Source of the DNA: an uncultured Gemmatimonadales bacterium
GTDB lineage: Bacteria; Gemmatimonadota; Gemmatimonadetes; Longimicrobiales; Gaopeijiaceae
NCBI GenBank assembly: GCA_963823035.1
Contig: CAWGKG010000022.1
Span: forward strand, 1 to 64,000
Length of the DNA stretch: 64,000 nt
Direction: 5' to 3'
Shown here: positions 32,611 through 42,462 of the stretch, one piece after another
Numbering within the stretch: the stretch's first letter is position 1
Layout: each line of letters begins with the position of its first letter
Translations under genes and position numbers: made by a program
The notes under the pieces: generated by a model
What the model was told of the DNA's origin: nothing
What the model saw: the letters and a program-made list of their open reading frames with translations, nothing else
Database searches by the model: none

Positions 32611-33802
32611 TCGTCGAGGAAGCGGAAGATCTCCCGCTGGATCTCCTTCGGCGTCACCACGGGGCCCTCGTCGCTCCAGTAGACGTTGATCTCGCTGCGC
32701 ACGCCGATGTCGCCCAGGAGGTAGATCCCCGGCTCCACCGAGAAGCCGACGCCCGGGATGATGAGCCGGTCGTCGCGCGTCTCCAGGTTGTCGAGGTTCG
32801 GGCCGCTCCCGTGCAGCACGGTGTCGATCGAATGGCCCGTGCGGTGCACGAAGTACTCGCCGTAGCCGCGCTCGGCGATCACCGCACGCGACACGTCGTC
32901 CACCTCGAAGCCGCGCACCTCCTCGCCGCGCCTCGAAGCGCTCGTGCAGGAACGCCACGGCCGCGTCGCGCGCGTCGCGCACGGCCTCCCAGATCTCCTG
33001 CGTCCGCGCGTCGATGTCGCCGCCCATCTTCCCCATCCACGTCTGGTCGGCCGGCACCGACCCGGGCTTGCCCGCCCACAGGTCGATGAGCAGCAGCTCC
33101 CCCCGCCCGATCGTCTCGCCGGCTCCGGGAGGCGCGTAGTGCGGATCCGACGCCGTGCGCCCGACCGCCACGATGCAGTCCGGCAGCGAGCTCAGACCCT
33201 TCTCGGTCAGCTCGGACGCGGATCCACTCCGAGAGCGCGCCCTCGTTGGTGGGCGAGCCCTCGCGGATGGCCTCCGCCGCGCGCTCGAAGGCCCGACGCG
33301 CCACGTCCACCAGGATCTCGGCGGCCTCCAGGTGGTCGTCGAGCTGCTCCTTCGTCCACACCGAGTAGAAGCGCGACACCAGGTCGCCGGAGGACGCCGC
33401 CTCCACGCCGGAGCGCAGGATCACCTCGGCCATCCCGGCCGGGAGGTAGTCGAGCGTCGGCACCGCCGCGCCCGGCGAGACCTCCATCGCGAGCCGGCCC
33501 CGCCCTTCGAGCAGCTCGCCGAGCGCCTCCTCCATCTCCCGCCAGCCCGAGTACATCCGCTTGTTCCACGGCCAGTGGCGCCACGACGAGCCCTCGATGG
33601 CGTGGATCAGCGCCTGCGGCTCCCCTTCCCTCGGGATGAGGAAGAACCCGCGCCGCGTGGTCTTCCCCACGTCGAGCATGGCCTTGGCGATCGGGTTGGC
33701 CCCGCGGAACTCGTACAGGAGCCAGCCGTCGAGGTCCTGCTCGCGAAGGGCTTCCTGGACCTGGTGGATGCCGCTCTCGGTGCAAAGAAGGGACTGGGTC
33801 AT
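32607..33802 (-). CDS. M24 family Xaa-Pro peptidase (two indels)
   Basis: DGWLLYEFRG, LLIDLW, DQTW, HRTGHSID..HGSG, FSVEPGIY, GVRSE. Confidence 0.88.
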
Positions 33803-33830
33803 CGGCCTTCGTCTCTCCGTTCGTGGATGG

Positions 33831-34831
33831 TCATTCGGTTTCTTCGGATCCGAAGAGCGGGAGCCCCGCGGTCTCCCGGTCCTTCGCTCCGTCGGGACGG
33901 CGCCCCGTCCCCGCCGGGAGGAGGTGCGCCGTCCCGGATCGGTGGGAGCGCGGCCCCCTCCGACGTCGCGGGAGCGTCGGCCGCCGTCTCCTCGCGCCGG
34001 CGCCACCTCGGCGCGCTTGCGACCCTTGATGAGGTCGAGGCCGAGGATCCGCTCTCGTGTCAGCAGCCGGTGCACCTCGCGCTCGCGTGCCATCACGGCG
34101 CTCACGCCGCCGATGCCCCATCGTGCCCAGGCGCGCCGCAGGATCCCGATCTTCTCGGGGAGCGAGAAGATCTCCGCGAAGTCCGGAAACGGCTTCACGG
34201 CCCGCGGCCGGAACGAGGTCTCCTCGTCCGACCAGTCCTCCGTGTGGAGGGCCTCGACGCCGCAGTCCCTGAGGAGGCGCTTCCACTGCACGAGCATCTG
34301 CGGACGGGCGCCCAGGTGGGCGGAGAGGACGCGCTGGCGCGCCTCGTCCACGGGGGCCTTCCACACGAGCTGGACGAGCACGACCACGCCGCCCGGCTTG
34401 GTCACGCGCACCAGCTCGCGCACGACGTCCGCGGGGTCGGCGTGCGCAGCGATGCCCAGCTCGCCCACGACGACGTCGAAGATCTCGTCGCGATACGGGA
34501 GCGAGTCGTAGCGACCGCTCTGGAACTGGAGCTTGGACGCCAGCCCCTCCTTGCGCGATCGCTCCTCCGCCTCCGCCACCAGGCGTGCGTCGGCCTCGAC
34601 CCCGGACCCGTGCACCCCGTGCTCGCGCACGAAGTACTCGATGGGGATACCCTTACCCGACGCCACGTCCAGGACCTCGTCCCCCTCCGACATCTCCGAG
34701 AGGAGCGCGATCTGGCGATAGAGGTCCACCCCGCCCGGGGGGAAGAGCAGACGGGGGCTCAACCGGATGAGGTCGAGCATGGAAGGAACGGAGGTGGAGC
34801 CCACACCCGTCCCTGGGGGATTCGACGGCAT
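33831..34831 (-). CDS. Class I SAM-dependent methyltransferase (tail frameshifted)
   Basis: VLDVASGKG, LPYRDEIFDVV, ELVRVTKPGG. Confidence 0.85.
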
Positions 34832-34902
34832 GGAGGAAAGGTATGGGGCGGAGGGCGGGTGGCAACGATCCCCCGGCCCCACCAACCTGGCGCGGGAGCC
34901 TG

Positions 34903-35409
34903 CTAGAAGACCGGCTCCTCCTCCTCGTCCAGCACCTTGAGGGCGTCCCTCAGGCGTTGCTCGTCGGCCTCGCTCACCTCCTCGGGCGGCGGCGCCGCGT
35001 CGGTCGTGTCGAGGCGGCGACGACGCGCCAGGATCACCCCGACCGTGCCGAGACCGAGCACGAGCACGGCCGGCGGGAGCACCCACGCCCACAGTCCGGC
35101 GCCGGAGCGCAGCGGCTCGGCCCGCCACTCCTCACCGTACTCGGCGATGACCAGCTCCACGATGGAGTCGGCCCTGAGCCCGGCCTCGGCCATGCGCTGG
35201 ATGGAGTCGCGCAGCATGGCTCCACCCTCCGACGTGCACACCTCGAGCATCATGCCCGGGCAGTACGGCGAGCGGATCCGGTCGATCGCGGCCTTCGCCT
35301 CGGGCGCAACCTGCAAGGGTTCGCCGGTGGCGGGTGGGCGCTGGCCGGCGAGGGCCGTCTGGGTGAGCGCGAGGGCCAACAGTGACGCCAGGAATCGTCG
35401 AGTCATCAT
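34903..35409 (-). CDS. ccmH: CcmH/NrfF-like cytochrome c maturation protein
   Basis: Signal peptide, IRSPYCPG, LRDSI, YGE, P..G..LWAWVLP transmembrane segment. Confidence 0.75.
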   Translation of the reverse strand: MMTRRFLASLLALALTQTALAGQRPPATGEPLQVAPEAKAAIDRIRSPYCPGMMLEVCTSEGGAMLRDSIQRMAEAGLRADSIVELVIAEYGEEWRAEPLRSGAGLWAWVLPPAVLVLGLGTVGVILARRRRLDTTDAAPPPEEVSEADEQRLRDALKVLDEEEEPVF

Positions 35410-35621
35410 TCTTTCGCTCGGGGCCGGCAGGGCCGGCGTAGGGCACCTCTATCCGCGTTGAACCTAACGCATCGCGAGGCCCCCCGGTTCCTCCGCGGGA
35501 GCCCTGCGGGGGCCTCCGACGGAGCGCCGCCGAGGTCGCGTTACCTTTTCGCGCTTCCCCCCGTCTTGCTTTCGACGCGCATCCACGACGACGTGGACGC
35601 CCACTCGATCGGAGACGAATC

Positions 35622-36665
35622 ATGAAGCTGTCGCGATCCCTACGGATGCTCCCCCTGGCGGGAGCCCTCGCCCTGGCGGCGTGCGACGCCACCCAGACCA
35701 CGGACCCCTTCGCGGACGACGCGACCCTCGCCCAGGAAGACGAGCTCGCCCTCGACGTCCTCGCCGACGTCGGGTCGATGGACGTGGCGCTCGACGTCGC
35801 GGGCGTGCCCGTCGCGGTCGGGCATCGACGCGGAATGGCCCGCGGCCCCTTCGCCGAGGCGCAGGGGGACCTGCTCCGCGCCCGACTCCTCTTCCAGGAG
35901 GCGCGCGACGCGCTGGCCCGTGGCGATCGCATCCGGGCGGCCGACCGCACGCGGGAGGCACGCACCCTCCTCGCCGGCGCGGTGTTCGCCGCCGGAGGCG
36001 CCCGCGGGGCCATGGCCATGGTCCAGCGCGCCGAGGGGCTCGCCGACGACGTGGGCGCCGATCCGTCCGCCTACGACGACGCCAATGGCCTCCAGGGCGA
36101 GCTGAACATGCTGGCCCTGCGGCTGCGCGCCCGCCTCCACGCCGGTGACAGCGTGGGTGCGGTCGAGCGCGCCATCCTCGCGGAGCAGCGGCACCGTCAG
36201 CGGCACCGGGACCCCGGACTGTGGCCGGGCGGGGCGGAGATCTACGTCCAGCTGGGCGGCACGGCGGTCTCGCTCGCGACCCGGCTCCTCGACGAGCAGA
36301 ATCCGGTCGACGAGCAACTCCGCTTCCTGGACGAGGCGAAGGAGTACCAGCGTGAGGCCGAAGCGGCGTACGCCGACGGCGACTACCGCCGTGCGGCCCA
36401 TCTGGCCGACCTGGCGATCTGGACGTCGCTCCAGGCTGTGGTCCTCCCCGACGTGACCGAAGAGGAGGCCCGTGCGATGCTCGAGCTGGCCACGTCCCAG
36501 TACGAGGCAGCCCTCGCGACGGCTCCCGAAGGCGACGAGGCCACGCTCCTCGAGCGGGCTCGCCTCCTCCTGGAGAAGGGCGGGACGATGTTGGAGGCGG
36601 GCGCACCCCGGGGCGTCGGGGCCCTCTGGCGGTCCGCGGTCGTCAGCACCTGGGTGATCGGCTGA
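35622..36665 (+). CDS. All-helical lipoprotein of unknown function
   Basis: GGAG ribosome-binding site; lipobox ALAAC; repeated helical-hairpin patterns (A..A...GD...A). Confidence 0.8.
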   Translation: MKLSRSLRMLPLAGALALAACDATQTTDPFADDATLAQEDELALDVLADVGSMDVALDVAGVPVAVGHRRGMARGPFAEAQGDLLRARLLFQEARDALARGDRIRAADRTREARTLLAGAVFAAGGARGAMAMVQRAEGLADDVGADPSAYDDANGLQGELNMLALRLRARLHAGDSVGAVERAILAEQRHRQRHRDPGLWPGGAEIYVQLGGTAVSLATRLLDEQNPVDEQLRFLDEAKEYQREAEAAYADGDYRRAAHLADLAIWTSLQAVVLPDVTEEEARAMLELATSQYEAALATAPEGDEATLLERARLLLEKGGTMLEAGAPRGVGALWRSAVVSTWVIG

Positions 36666-36677
36666 GCGGACGGACCC

Positions 36678-36703
36678 GGCCGCGCCCCCGCGGGGGCGCG
36701 GCC
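36678..36703. repeat. Perfect 26-bp palindrome inside the operon
   Basis: GGCCGCGCCCCCG|CGGGGGCGCGGCC, no U-tract. Confidence 0.8.
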
Positions 36704-36753
36704 CACCCGTCTCCGCCTCCCCTCCGACCGTGGACAGGACCTATGTTCCGGAC

Positions 36754-37305
36754 ATGGCCCCACCGGCCGAACGCACCGACGCGCAGGTGGTCCGCGACGT
36801 ACTCGCCGGGGACCGCGATGCGTACCGCCTCCTGGTTCGGCGGTACGGCAGCGTTCTGCATGCGCATGCTCTGCGCATGGCGGGCGGCCAGGACACCGCG
36901 GCGGACCTGGTGCAGCGGGCGTTCGTGCAGGGCTACCGGAAGCTGGCCTCGTGCCGCGATCCCGAACGGGTCGGCGCGTGGTTGTTCAGGATCCTCGCCA
37001 ACCTGGCGCGCGATCACGTGCGCAGCCCACGCCGGAGGGACGTGCCCCTCCAGGCGCTCCCCGAGATCCCGACGTCCCGCGAGGGACCGGAGGACGCCGC
37101 GGCGCACGCCGAGGCCCGCCATCGCATCCGGATCGCCCTCCGGCAACTCACGCCGGAGCAGAAGGAGGCGTTCGTGCTCAAGCACGTCGAAGGTCGTTCC
37201 TACGAGGAGATCGCCGCCGTCATGGACCTCTCGGTGGCGGCGCTGAAGATGCGGGTCCATCGGGCGCGGGAAGCGCTCCAGGGCCTGCTCAAGGAGTTCG
37301 CATGA
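36754..37305 (+). CDS. ECF sigma factor 3
   Basis: AADLVQRAF, GAWLFRILAN, LKHVEGRSYEEIA..ALKMRVHRAR. Confidence 0.92.
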   Translation: MAPPAERTDAQVVRDVLAGDRDAYRLLVRRYGSVLHAHALRMAGGQDTAADLVQRAFVQGYRKLASCRDPERVGAWLFRILANLARDHVRSPRRRDVPLQALPEIPTSREGPEDAAAHAEARHRIRIALRQLTPEQKEAFVLKHVEGRSYEEIAAVMDLSVAALKMRVHRAREALQGLLKEFA

Positions 37306-37925
37306 ACGACGACATCCGCCGCTATCTCGACGACGAGATCGCGCTCGGCGACCTGCCGGAGGACGCCCGCGCCGAAGCGGAGGCCTGGGACCGCCTGGTG
37401 GGCGCCTTCCGGACCGACGCCCCCGGGGCACCCGCGCCCCCGTGGCTCGAGGACCGCGTCATGGCGGAGATCGAGGCGCTGCCCGAGGCCGGCTGGCTGT
37501 CGCGCTCGCTCGCCTGGTGGCTGCGACCCCGCCCCATCCGCGTGCCGCCGCTGGCGGCCGGACTCGCCTTCGCGGCGCTCGCCACGCTGGCCCTGTGGGC
37601 GAGCCGCGGTCGTGCGCCGACCGGCGCGCCGACAGGGAGCGCGGGCCAGGCCGTGGTCTACGTCCAGTTCGAGCTGACGGCGCCGGGCGCCCGCTCGGTC
37701 GCGGTGGGCGGGGACTTCGACGGATGGAGCGGGTCGAACCCGCTGGAGGATCCGGACGGGGACGGGGTGTGGACCGGTCGCGTGGCGGTCCAGCCCGGCC
37801 TGCACACCTACATGTTCCTCGTCGACGGCGCCGACTGGGTCACCGACCCCGAGGCGAACCGCTACACCGACGACGGCTTCGGGAACCGGAACGCGGTGCT
37901 GGCCGTGGCGGCCCCGGCCACATGA
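37302..37925 (+). CDS. Anti-sigma factor with C-terminal CBM48/AMPK-beta-like glycogen-binding domain
   Basis: ATGA coupling; N-terminal YLDDE..., transmembrane LAAGLAFAALATLALW, then VQFELTAPGARSVAVGGDFDGW..GVW..PGLHTYMFLVDG.DWVTDP..DDGFGNRNAVL. Confidence 0.85.
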   Translation: MNDDIRRYLDDEIALGDLPEDARAEAEAWDRLVGAFRTDAPGAPAPPWLEDRVMAEIEALPEAGWLSRSLAWWLRPRPIRVPPLAAGLAFAALATLALWASRGRAPTGAPTGSAGQAVVYVQFELTAPGARSVAVGGDFDGWSGSNPLEDPDGDGVWTGRVAVQPGLHTYMFLVDGADWVTDPEANRYTDDGFGNRNAVLAVAAPAT

Positions 37926-39110
37926 GAGCCATGACCGGCGCGGCGATCCTCCTGGCCCTCACGCGGGCGGGCACGGCCCCGCTGGCCGCCCAGACGTCGG
38001 AGCTGAGCGTCGAGGTGGGCGGCTCGCGCGTCGTGCCCCCGACCGAGGTGGAGGGAGGCGCGGCGGGCTTCTTCGTCGCGGGGCTCCGCGGGAGCCGGTT
38101 CGGCTTCGGCGGCTCGGGCGGGTGGGCGTCACTCCTGGTGGGTCGCGCCCTCGACGCCGGGACCGGCGGCGACTTCATCTCCGCCGAGGTGGGCGGCTCG
38201 CTCCGGCGCGACCTCTCCGGGGGGCTCTCGACCGACCTGGAGGCGCGGGTGTTCGGCTTCCGCGTCGACGACCCCTTCGGGTATCAGGCAGGCGCGCGTG
38301 GAGGGCTCCGCCTCCCTCCGCTATCGCCGCAGCCGGCTGAGCGCGCGCGTCGCCGGGGTGGGTGGGGTGGGCCGCTCGAAGGTCACGATCTCGACGGTGG
38401 TGCAGCGGCTCAGGCGGCGCGCCATGGTCGTCGAGGTGCTGGAGGACGACCTCTGGCGCTGGGGCGGCACCGCCGAGGTGCTCGTGGGTGGCACGCCGGT
38501 GGCAGCGGGCGTGACGGGCGGGTGGCACCGCTCCGCCGGCGGCAGCTACCGCTCCGCCGGGCTGCGCCTGGTGGCCGGTGGGGCGCGGGGCGCGCTGGAG
38601 GCGCGGCTCGACGCCTGGAGCACGCCGACGGGCGGCGAGACCACGGGAGGCATCGCCTTCTACCTCCCCTGGGGCGGATGGAGCGCACGCGGCGTCGCCG
38701 GCCGGCCCGAGCCCGACCCCCTCCTCCTCGCCGAGCCCGGGCAGGGCGCCGAGGGCGTGCTCTTCGGTCGGAGGATCCTCGGGGGCGACGGGGCGCCCGG
38801 AGCGCGAGGCACGCTGTACCGTCTGGAGGACGAAGGCCCTGCGGGAGCGCGCGTGCGCTTCCGGGTGGAGGCCCCCGAAGGTGCACGGAGCGTGCAGGTC
38901 CTCGGGGACTTCACGCTGTGGGAGCCCGTGTCGATGGAGGCCGACGGGTCGCAGTGGATGGTGGAGATGGACGTTCCAGCCGGCACCCATCACTTCGGGT
39001 TCCTGGTGGACGGAAGCTGGTACCTGCCGGACGACGCGCCGGACGCGGTCCCCGACGAGTGGGGACGCCGGAGCGCCACGTTGATCGTCGAAGGTGGAGC
39101 CGGGTCGTGA
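37922..39110 (+). CDS. Outer-membrane beta-barrel-like protein with C-terminal CBM48-like domain (frameshift near 38298)
   Basis: Signal peptide (PLAAQ), Gly-rich amphipathic strands, then VRFRVEAP..ARSVQVLGDFTLW..PAGTHHFGFLVDGSW..DEWGRRSATL. Confidence 0.75.
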
Positions 39111-39149
39111 GCCGCACGTGCCCACGCACCCGCAAGGAGCTGAAGAGCC

Positions 39150-39812
39150 ATGAGACCGCGCATCACGATGATCACGCTCGCCGTCCTGACCCTGGGCGCC
39201 GGGAGCCTCGGTGCCCAGGAGACGCCGCGGGCGCGGGCGCAGCAGATCCTGCCCGCGGAGGTGTTCCGCCAGGTGGACGAGATGGCCGGCGTCGCCGCGC
39301 AGGACGGGATCCCGGGGGACATCCTCTTCAACAAGGCTCTCGAGGGAGCGGCGAAAGGCGTCCCGACCGACCGCCTCCCCCCCGCCGTGCAGGCCTACGC
39401 CCTGCGCCTGCGCGAAGCCCGCATGGCGTTCGGCCCGGAGGTCCAGGGACCGATGCTCGTGGCCGGCGCGGACGCCCTGCAGCGAGGGGTGGGGGTGGAC
39501 CTCCTGCGGGGGCTCGGGCGTGAGCGGGAGCGATCCCCGATCGCCGTGCTCGTGCTCGCCGACCTGGTCGAGAGCGGCGTCGCCAACGACCACGCGCTGG
39601 CGCTCGTCCGCGAGGCCATGCAGCGCCGTGCCCGCGAGCAGCAGATGCTGGACATGCCCGCGCAGGTGCGCCGGCTCATGCGGCAGGGGATGTCCGCGGC
39701 GGACGCGGTGGAGCAGGTGCGACGCGCGCTGCAGCGTGGCCGGGGCGGCGGGCCGACCCCACCCGTCGCCCCCGGTTCGGAGCCGACGACGCGGACGCGT
39801 CGCGGGGGCTAG
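39150..39812 (+). CDS. Secreted helical hypothetical protein
   Basis: AAGGAG ribosome-binding site, signal peptide SLGAQ, NKALEGAAKG, GADAL.RGV. Confidence 0.8.
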   Translation: MRPRITMITLAVLTLGAGSLGAQETPRARAQQILPAEVFRQVDEMAGVAAQDGIPGDILFNKALEGAAKGVPTDRLPPAVQAYALRLREARMAFGPEVQGPMLVAGADALQRGVGVDLLRGLGRERERSPIAVLVLADLVESGVANDHALALVREAMQRRAREQQMLDMPAQVRRLMRQGMSAADAVEQVRRALQRGRGGGPTPPVAPGSEPTTRTRRGG

Positions 39813-40444
39813 CCCTGGACGGCCACGTCGAAGGAGAACCCGCACACGGTGCCGCGCGTGGTCTCCGTGGCCTGATCCGCGTCGACCGCGACGAGGACGT
39901 CCACGTCGCAGCGCCCGCTCCGTCCGTCGTCCGTGGTGAAGGCCAGGCCGCCCTGCACGCTCACTGACTGCGTGCCCAGCGGCTGGTTGGCGAGGGCGGC
40001 CGCGTGGATCGTCGTGGTGACGTCGGGATCGCCGGTCACCGCCACGCGCGTGCTCCCCGCGAGGAAGACGCACGCCTGATGAACGTCCGTGGCCGTGATG
40101 TCGACCACGGCCAGCTCGGTGGCCGCGTCGGTCTCGACGCCGATCTGCCCCGAGGAGTGCACGGACCCACCGAGGATACACGGCCGCGTCAGGTCGTACG
40201 TGACCGAGACGGTCTGGCTCGCCAGGGGACCGGACGTGGCCGAAGGGGCGGAGGCAGCGCCCTGGTCACGCCCGAACGCGAGCGACTCCATGCCCAGCTG
40301 AGCGGCGAGCGCGAGGGCCTCCGCCCGGGTGAGCTCCCCCTGACCCTCGGGATCGGTCGGGGTGTCGCTGCAGGCGGGCGCGAGCGCGGTGAGGGTGACG
40401 AGCGGAATCGACTTGAGGAGAAGCCTCGGGTTCGGACGGTCCAC
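39809..40444 (-). CDS. Beta-rich lipoprotein with four additional cysteines
   Basis: GGAGAG ribosome-binding site with GTG start; lipobox LAPAC; PCILGG, C-terminal GTVCG. Confidence 0.75.
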   Translation of the reverse strand: MDRPNPRLLLKSIPLVTLTALAPACSDTPTDPEGQGELTRAEALALAAQLGMESLAFGRDQGAASAPSATSGPLASQTVSVTYDLTRPCILGGSVHSSGQIGVETDAATELAVVDITATDVHQACVFLAGSTRVAVTGDPDVTTTIHAAALANQPLGTQSVSVQGGLAFTTDDGRSGRCDVDVLVAVDADQATETTRGTVCGFSFDVAVQG

Positions 40445-40730
40445 GCTTCTCTCCTGTCCGGATATCGGGCTGGGTCGGGTAGGTGGTCCCGGAGCCGATC
40501 GCATCGGGTGCGGGAGGGCAGGCTCCGTCCTGTGAAAACCACCCGACGCCGGCGTTGTTCCGCGTGCACCGTGGCGCGACCGAACCCTTCGCGACGCCGT
40601 GAGCCCCCGGCGAACGACCTCCGGTAACACCCCACGAGGCCGGGCGGCTCCGAGGCGCAGGCCGAACACCAACAGACCCTGGCCGGGCCCACTTCCACGG
40701 CCCGGATCCCGCTTTCGAGGAGGTCCAGTC

Positions 40731-41486
40731 ATGTTCACGCAGCATCCAGGCACCGAGGGGAACGGGGGCCCCGCCCCCCGGGCGAGGGCCGCGCATCGCG
40801 AGATCCTCCGTCACCTGTCGGGTGCGGCCCTGCTCGCGGTCGGTCTCGGCGCCGGCGCCGCCGGCCTCGCGGCCCAGGCGCCGCTCGGCGTGCCGTACAT
40901 CGGCGACAACCATCTCAGCTTCTATTCCACGGAACTGACCACGGACGGGATCGGCACCGGCACGTCCTCGCTGTACGGAGGCCGCTACGGACACCGGTTC
41001 GGCCAGGCGGAGGACGCGACGCGCTTCTCCCTCCTGGGCCAGGTGGCCGGGCGGGAGCGGCAGGACCCTCGCGGCGGCATCCTGGACGTGTCCCTGTCCG
41101 CCGGCTGGACCCGACGCTGGGACGAGCTCGACAGCCGCCTTTCCACCACGGCCGCCGTGGGGATGAGCGCGCTGGTCTGGGCGGAGGACGAGCCCGACAC
41201 CGGCCTGGCGCGGCTCAGCCTCCCGCTGACCGTCGGCGTCGGCTACGACCTGCACATCGGCGGCGCCACGGTGACCCCGTTCGTCGCACCGGGGATCGCG
41301 CGCTACAATGCGCGCCGCTACGTGGACAACGTGCGCGTGACCACCGACGAAGGATGGGACGCGCGCTTCACGGCCGGGACGTCCCTCCGGCTCAAGGAGC
41401 TGGTGCTCACGACCAGTCGGATCCGCGGGGAGCAGGGTCTTCCCAACCGCAGCCGCTGGGCCTTCGCCGCGGGGATCTCCTTCTGA
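40731..41486 (+). CDS. Outer-membrane beta-barrel protein
   Basis: GAGGAGG ribosome-binding site, signal peptide, amphipathic strands, terminal Phe (AAGISF). Confidence 0.8.
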   Translation: MFTQHPGTEGNGGPAPRARAAHREILRHLSGAALLAVGLGAGAAGLAAQAPLGVPYIGDNHLSFYSTELTTDGIGTGTSSLYGGRYGHRFGQAEDATRFSLLGQVAGRERQDPRGGILDVSLSAGWTRRWDELDSRLSTTAAVGMSALVWAEDEPDTGLARLSLPLTVGVGYDLHIGGATVTPFVAPGIARYNARRYVDNVRVTTDEGWDARFTAGTSLRLKELVLTTSRIRGEQGLPNRSRWAFAAGISF

Positions 41487-41566
41487 CCCGCGTGGTATCG
41501 GCGGGCCGCATCGTCGAGGGTGGCGGTGCGGCCCGCGCGGTGTCCTCCCCCTCACCGGACGCGACC

Positions 41567-42415
41567 ATGGAGACCCTCGAGCACGACGGATGCCGGCTCT
41601 CCTTCCGCGTCGAGGGCGAGGGCCCACCGGTCCTCCTCATCCAGGGCGTGGGGCTGCACGGAGACGGTTGGCGGCCCCAGGTCGAGGGGCTCTCCGACCG
41701 CTACGCCTGCCTGACGTTCGACAACCGCGGGATGGCGGCTCAGCCAGCCGCTGGGCGTGGGCGTGCTGAACGTCCCGCGCATGGCGGAGGACGCCCGCGC
41801 GCTCATGGACGCACAGGGATGGCAGGACTGCCACGTGGTCGGTCACTCCATGGGTGGTCACGTGGCCACGGCGCTCGCGCTGGCCCTCCCGCATCGTGTC
41901 CGCAGCCTCTCGCTCCTGTGCACGTCGGCGCGGGGGAGGGACATGCCCCCCATCACCGCCTCCTTCCTCTGGACGACGCTCCGATCGCGGCTCGGCCCCC
42001 GCCGCCGCAGGCGCCAGCATTCCTCGAGATCGTGCTCCCGAAGGAGCTGCGCGAACGCGAGGACCTGGATGCGTGGGGCCGTGAGCTGGAGCCGATCTTC
42101 GGGCACGACCTGGCGGACACACCGCCCATCGTCATGAAGCAGGTCTCCGCCTACCGCGCCTACGATGCGACGCCTCGGCTGCAGGAACTGGCCGGCGTCG
42201 CCACGCTCGTCGTGAGCGCCACGGAGGATCCGCTCGCTCCCCCGCCGCTCGGCCGCGCGCTGGCCGCGGGCATCCCGGGCGCCCGCTACCACGAGGTGCC
42301 GGGCGCGTCCCACGGCGTGACGATCACCCATGCCGCGGAGGTGAACGATCTCCTCGGTGCATGGTTCGCGGAAGCCGACGAGCTACGAAGCGTCACCGGG
42401 GGTCCCGCCCGCTGA
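41567..42415 (+). CDS. Alpha/beta hydrolase (two indels)
   Basis: GEGPPVLLIQG, FDNRG, GHSMGG nucleophile elbow, ED, SHG. Confidence 0.88.
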   Translation: METLEHDGCRLSFRVEGEGPPVLLIQGVGLHGDGWRPQVEGLSDRYACLTFDNRGMAAQPAAGRGRAERPAHGGGRPRAHGRTGMAGLPRGRSLHGWSRGHGARAGPPASCPQPLAPVHVGAGEGHAPHHRLLPLDDAPIAARPPPPQAPAFLEIVLPKELREREDLDAWGRELEPIFGHDLADTPPIVMKQVSAYRAYDATPRLQELAGVATLVVSATEDPLAPPPLGRALAAGIPGARYHEVPGASHGVTITHAAEVNDLLGAWFAEADELRSVTGGPAR

Positions 42416-42462
42416 AGCCATGTGCCCGCCTTCGAACCGTTCTGGCTCGTGGGGGATACCCG

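Noticed and set aside
32879..35128. Methyltransferase-peptidase fusion
   Set aside because: The joining region is out-of-frame Arg-rich sequence; the peptidase has its own ribosome-binding site and ATG at 33802.
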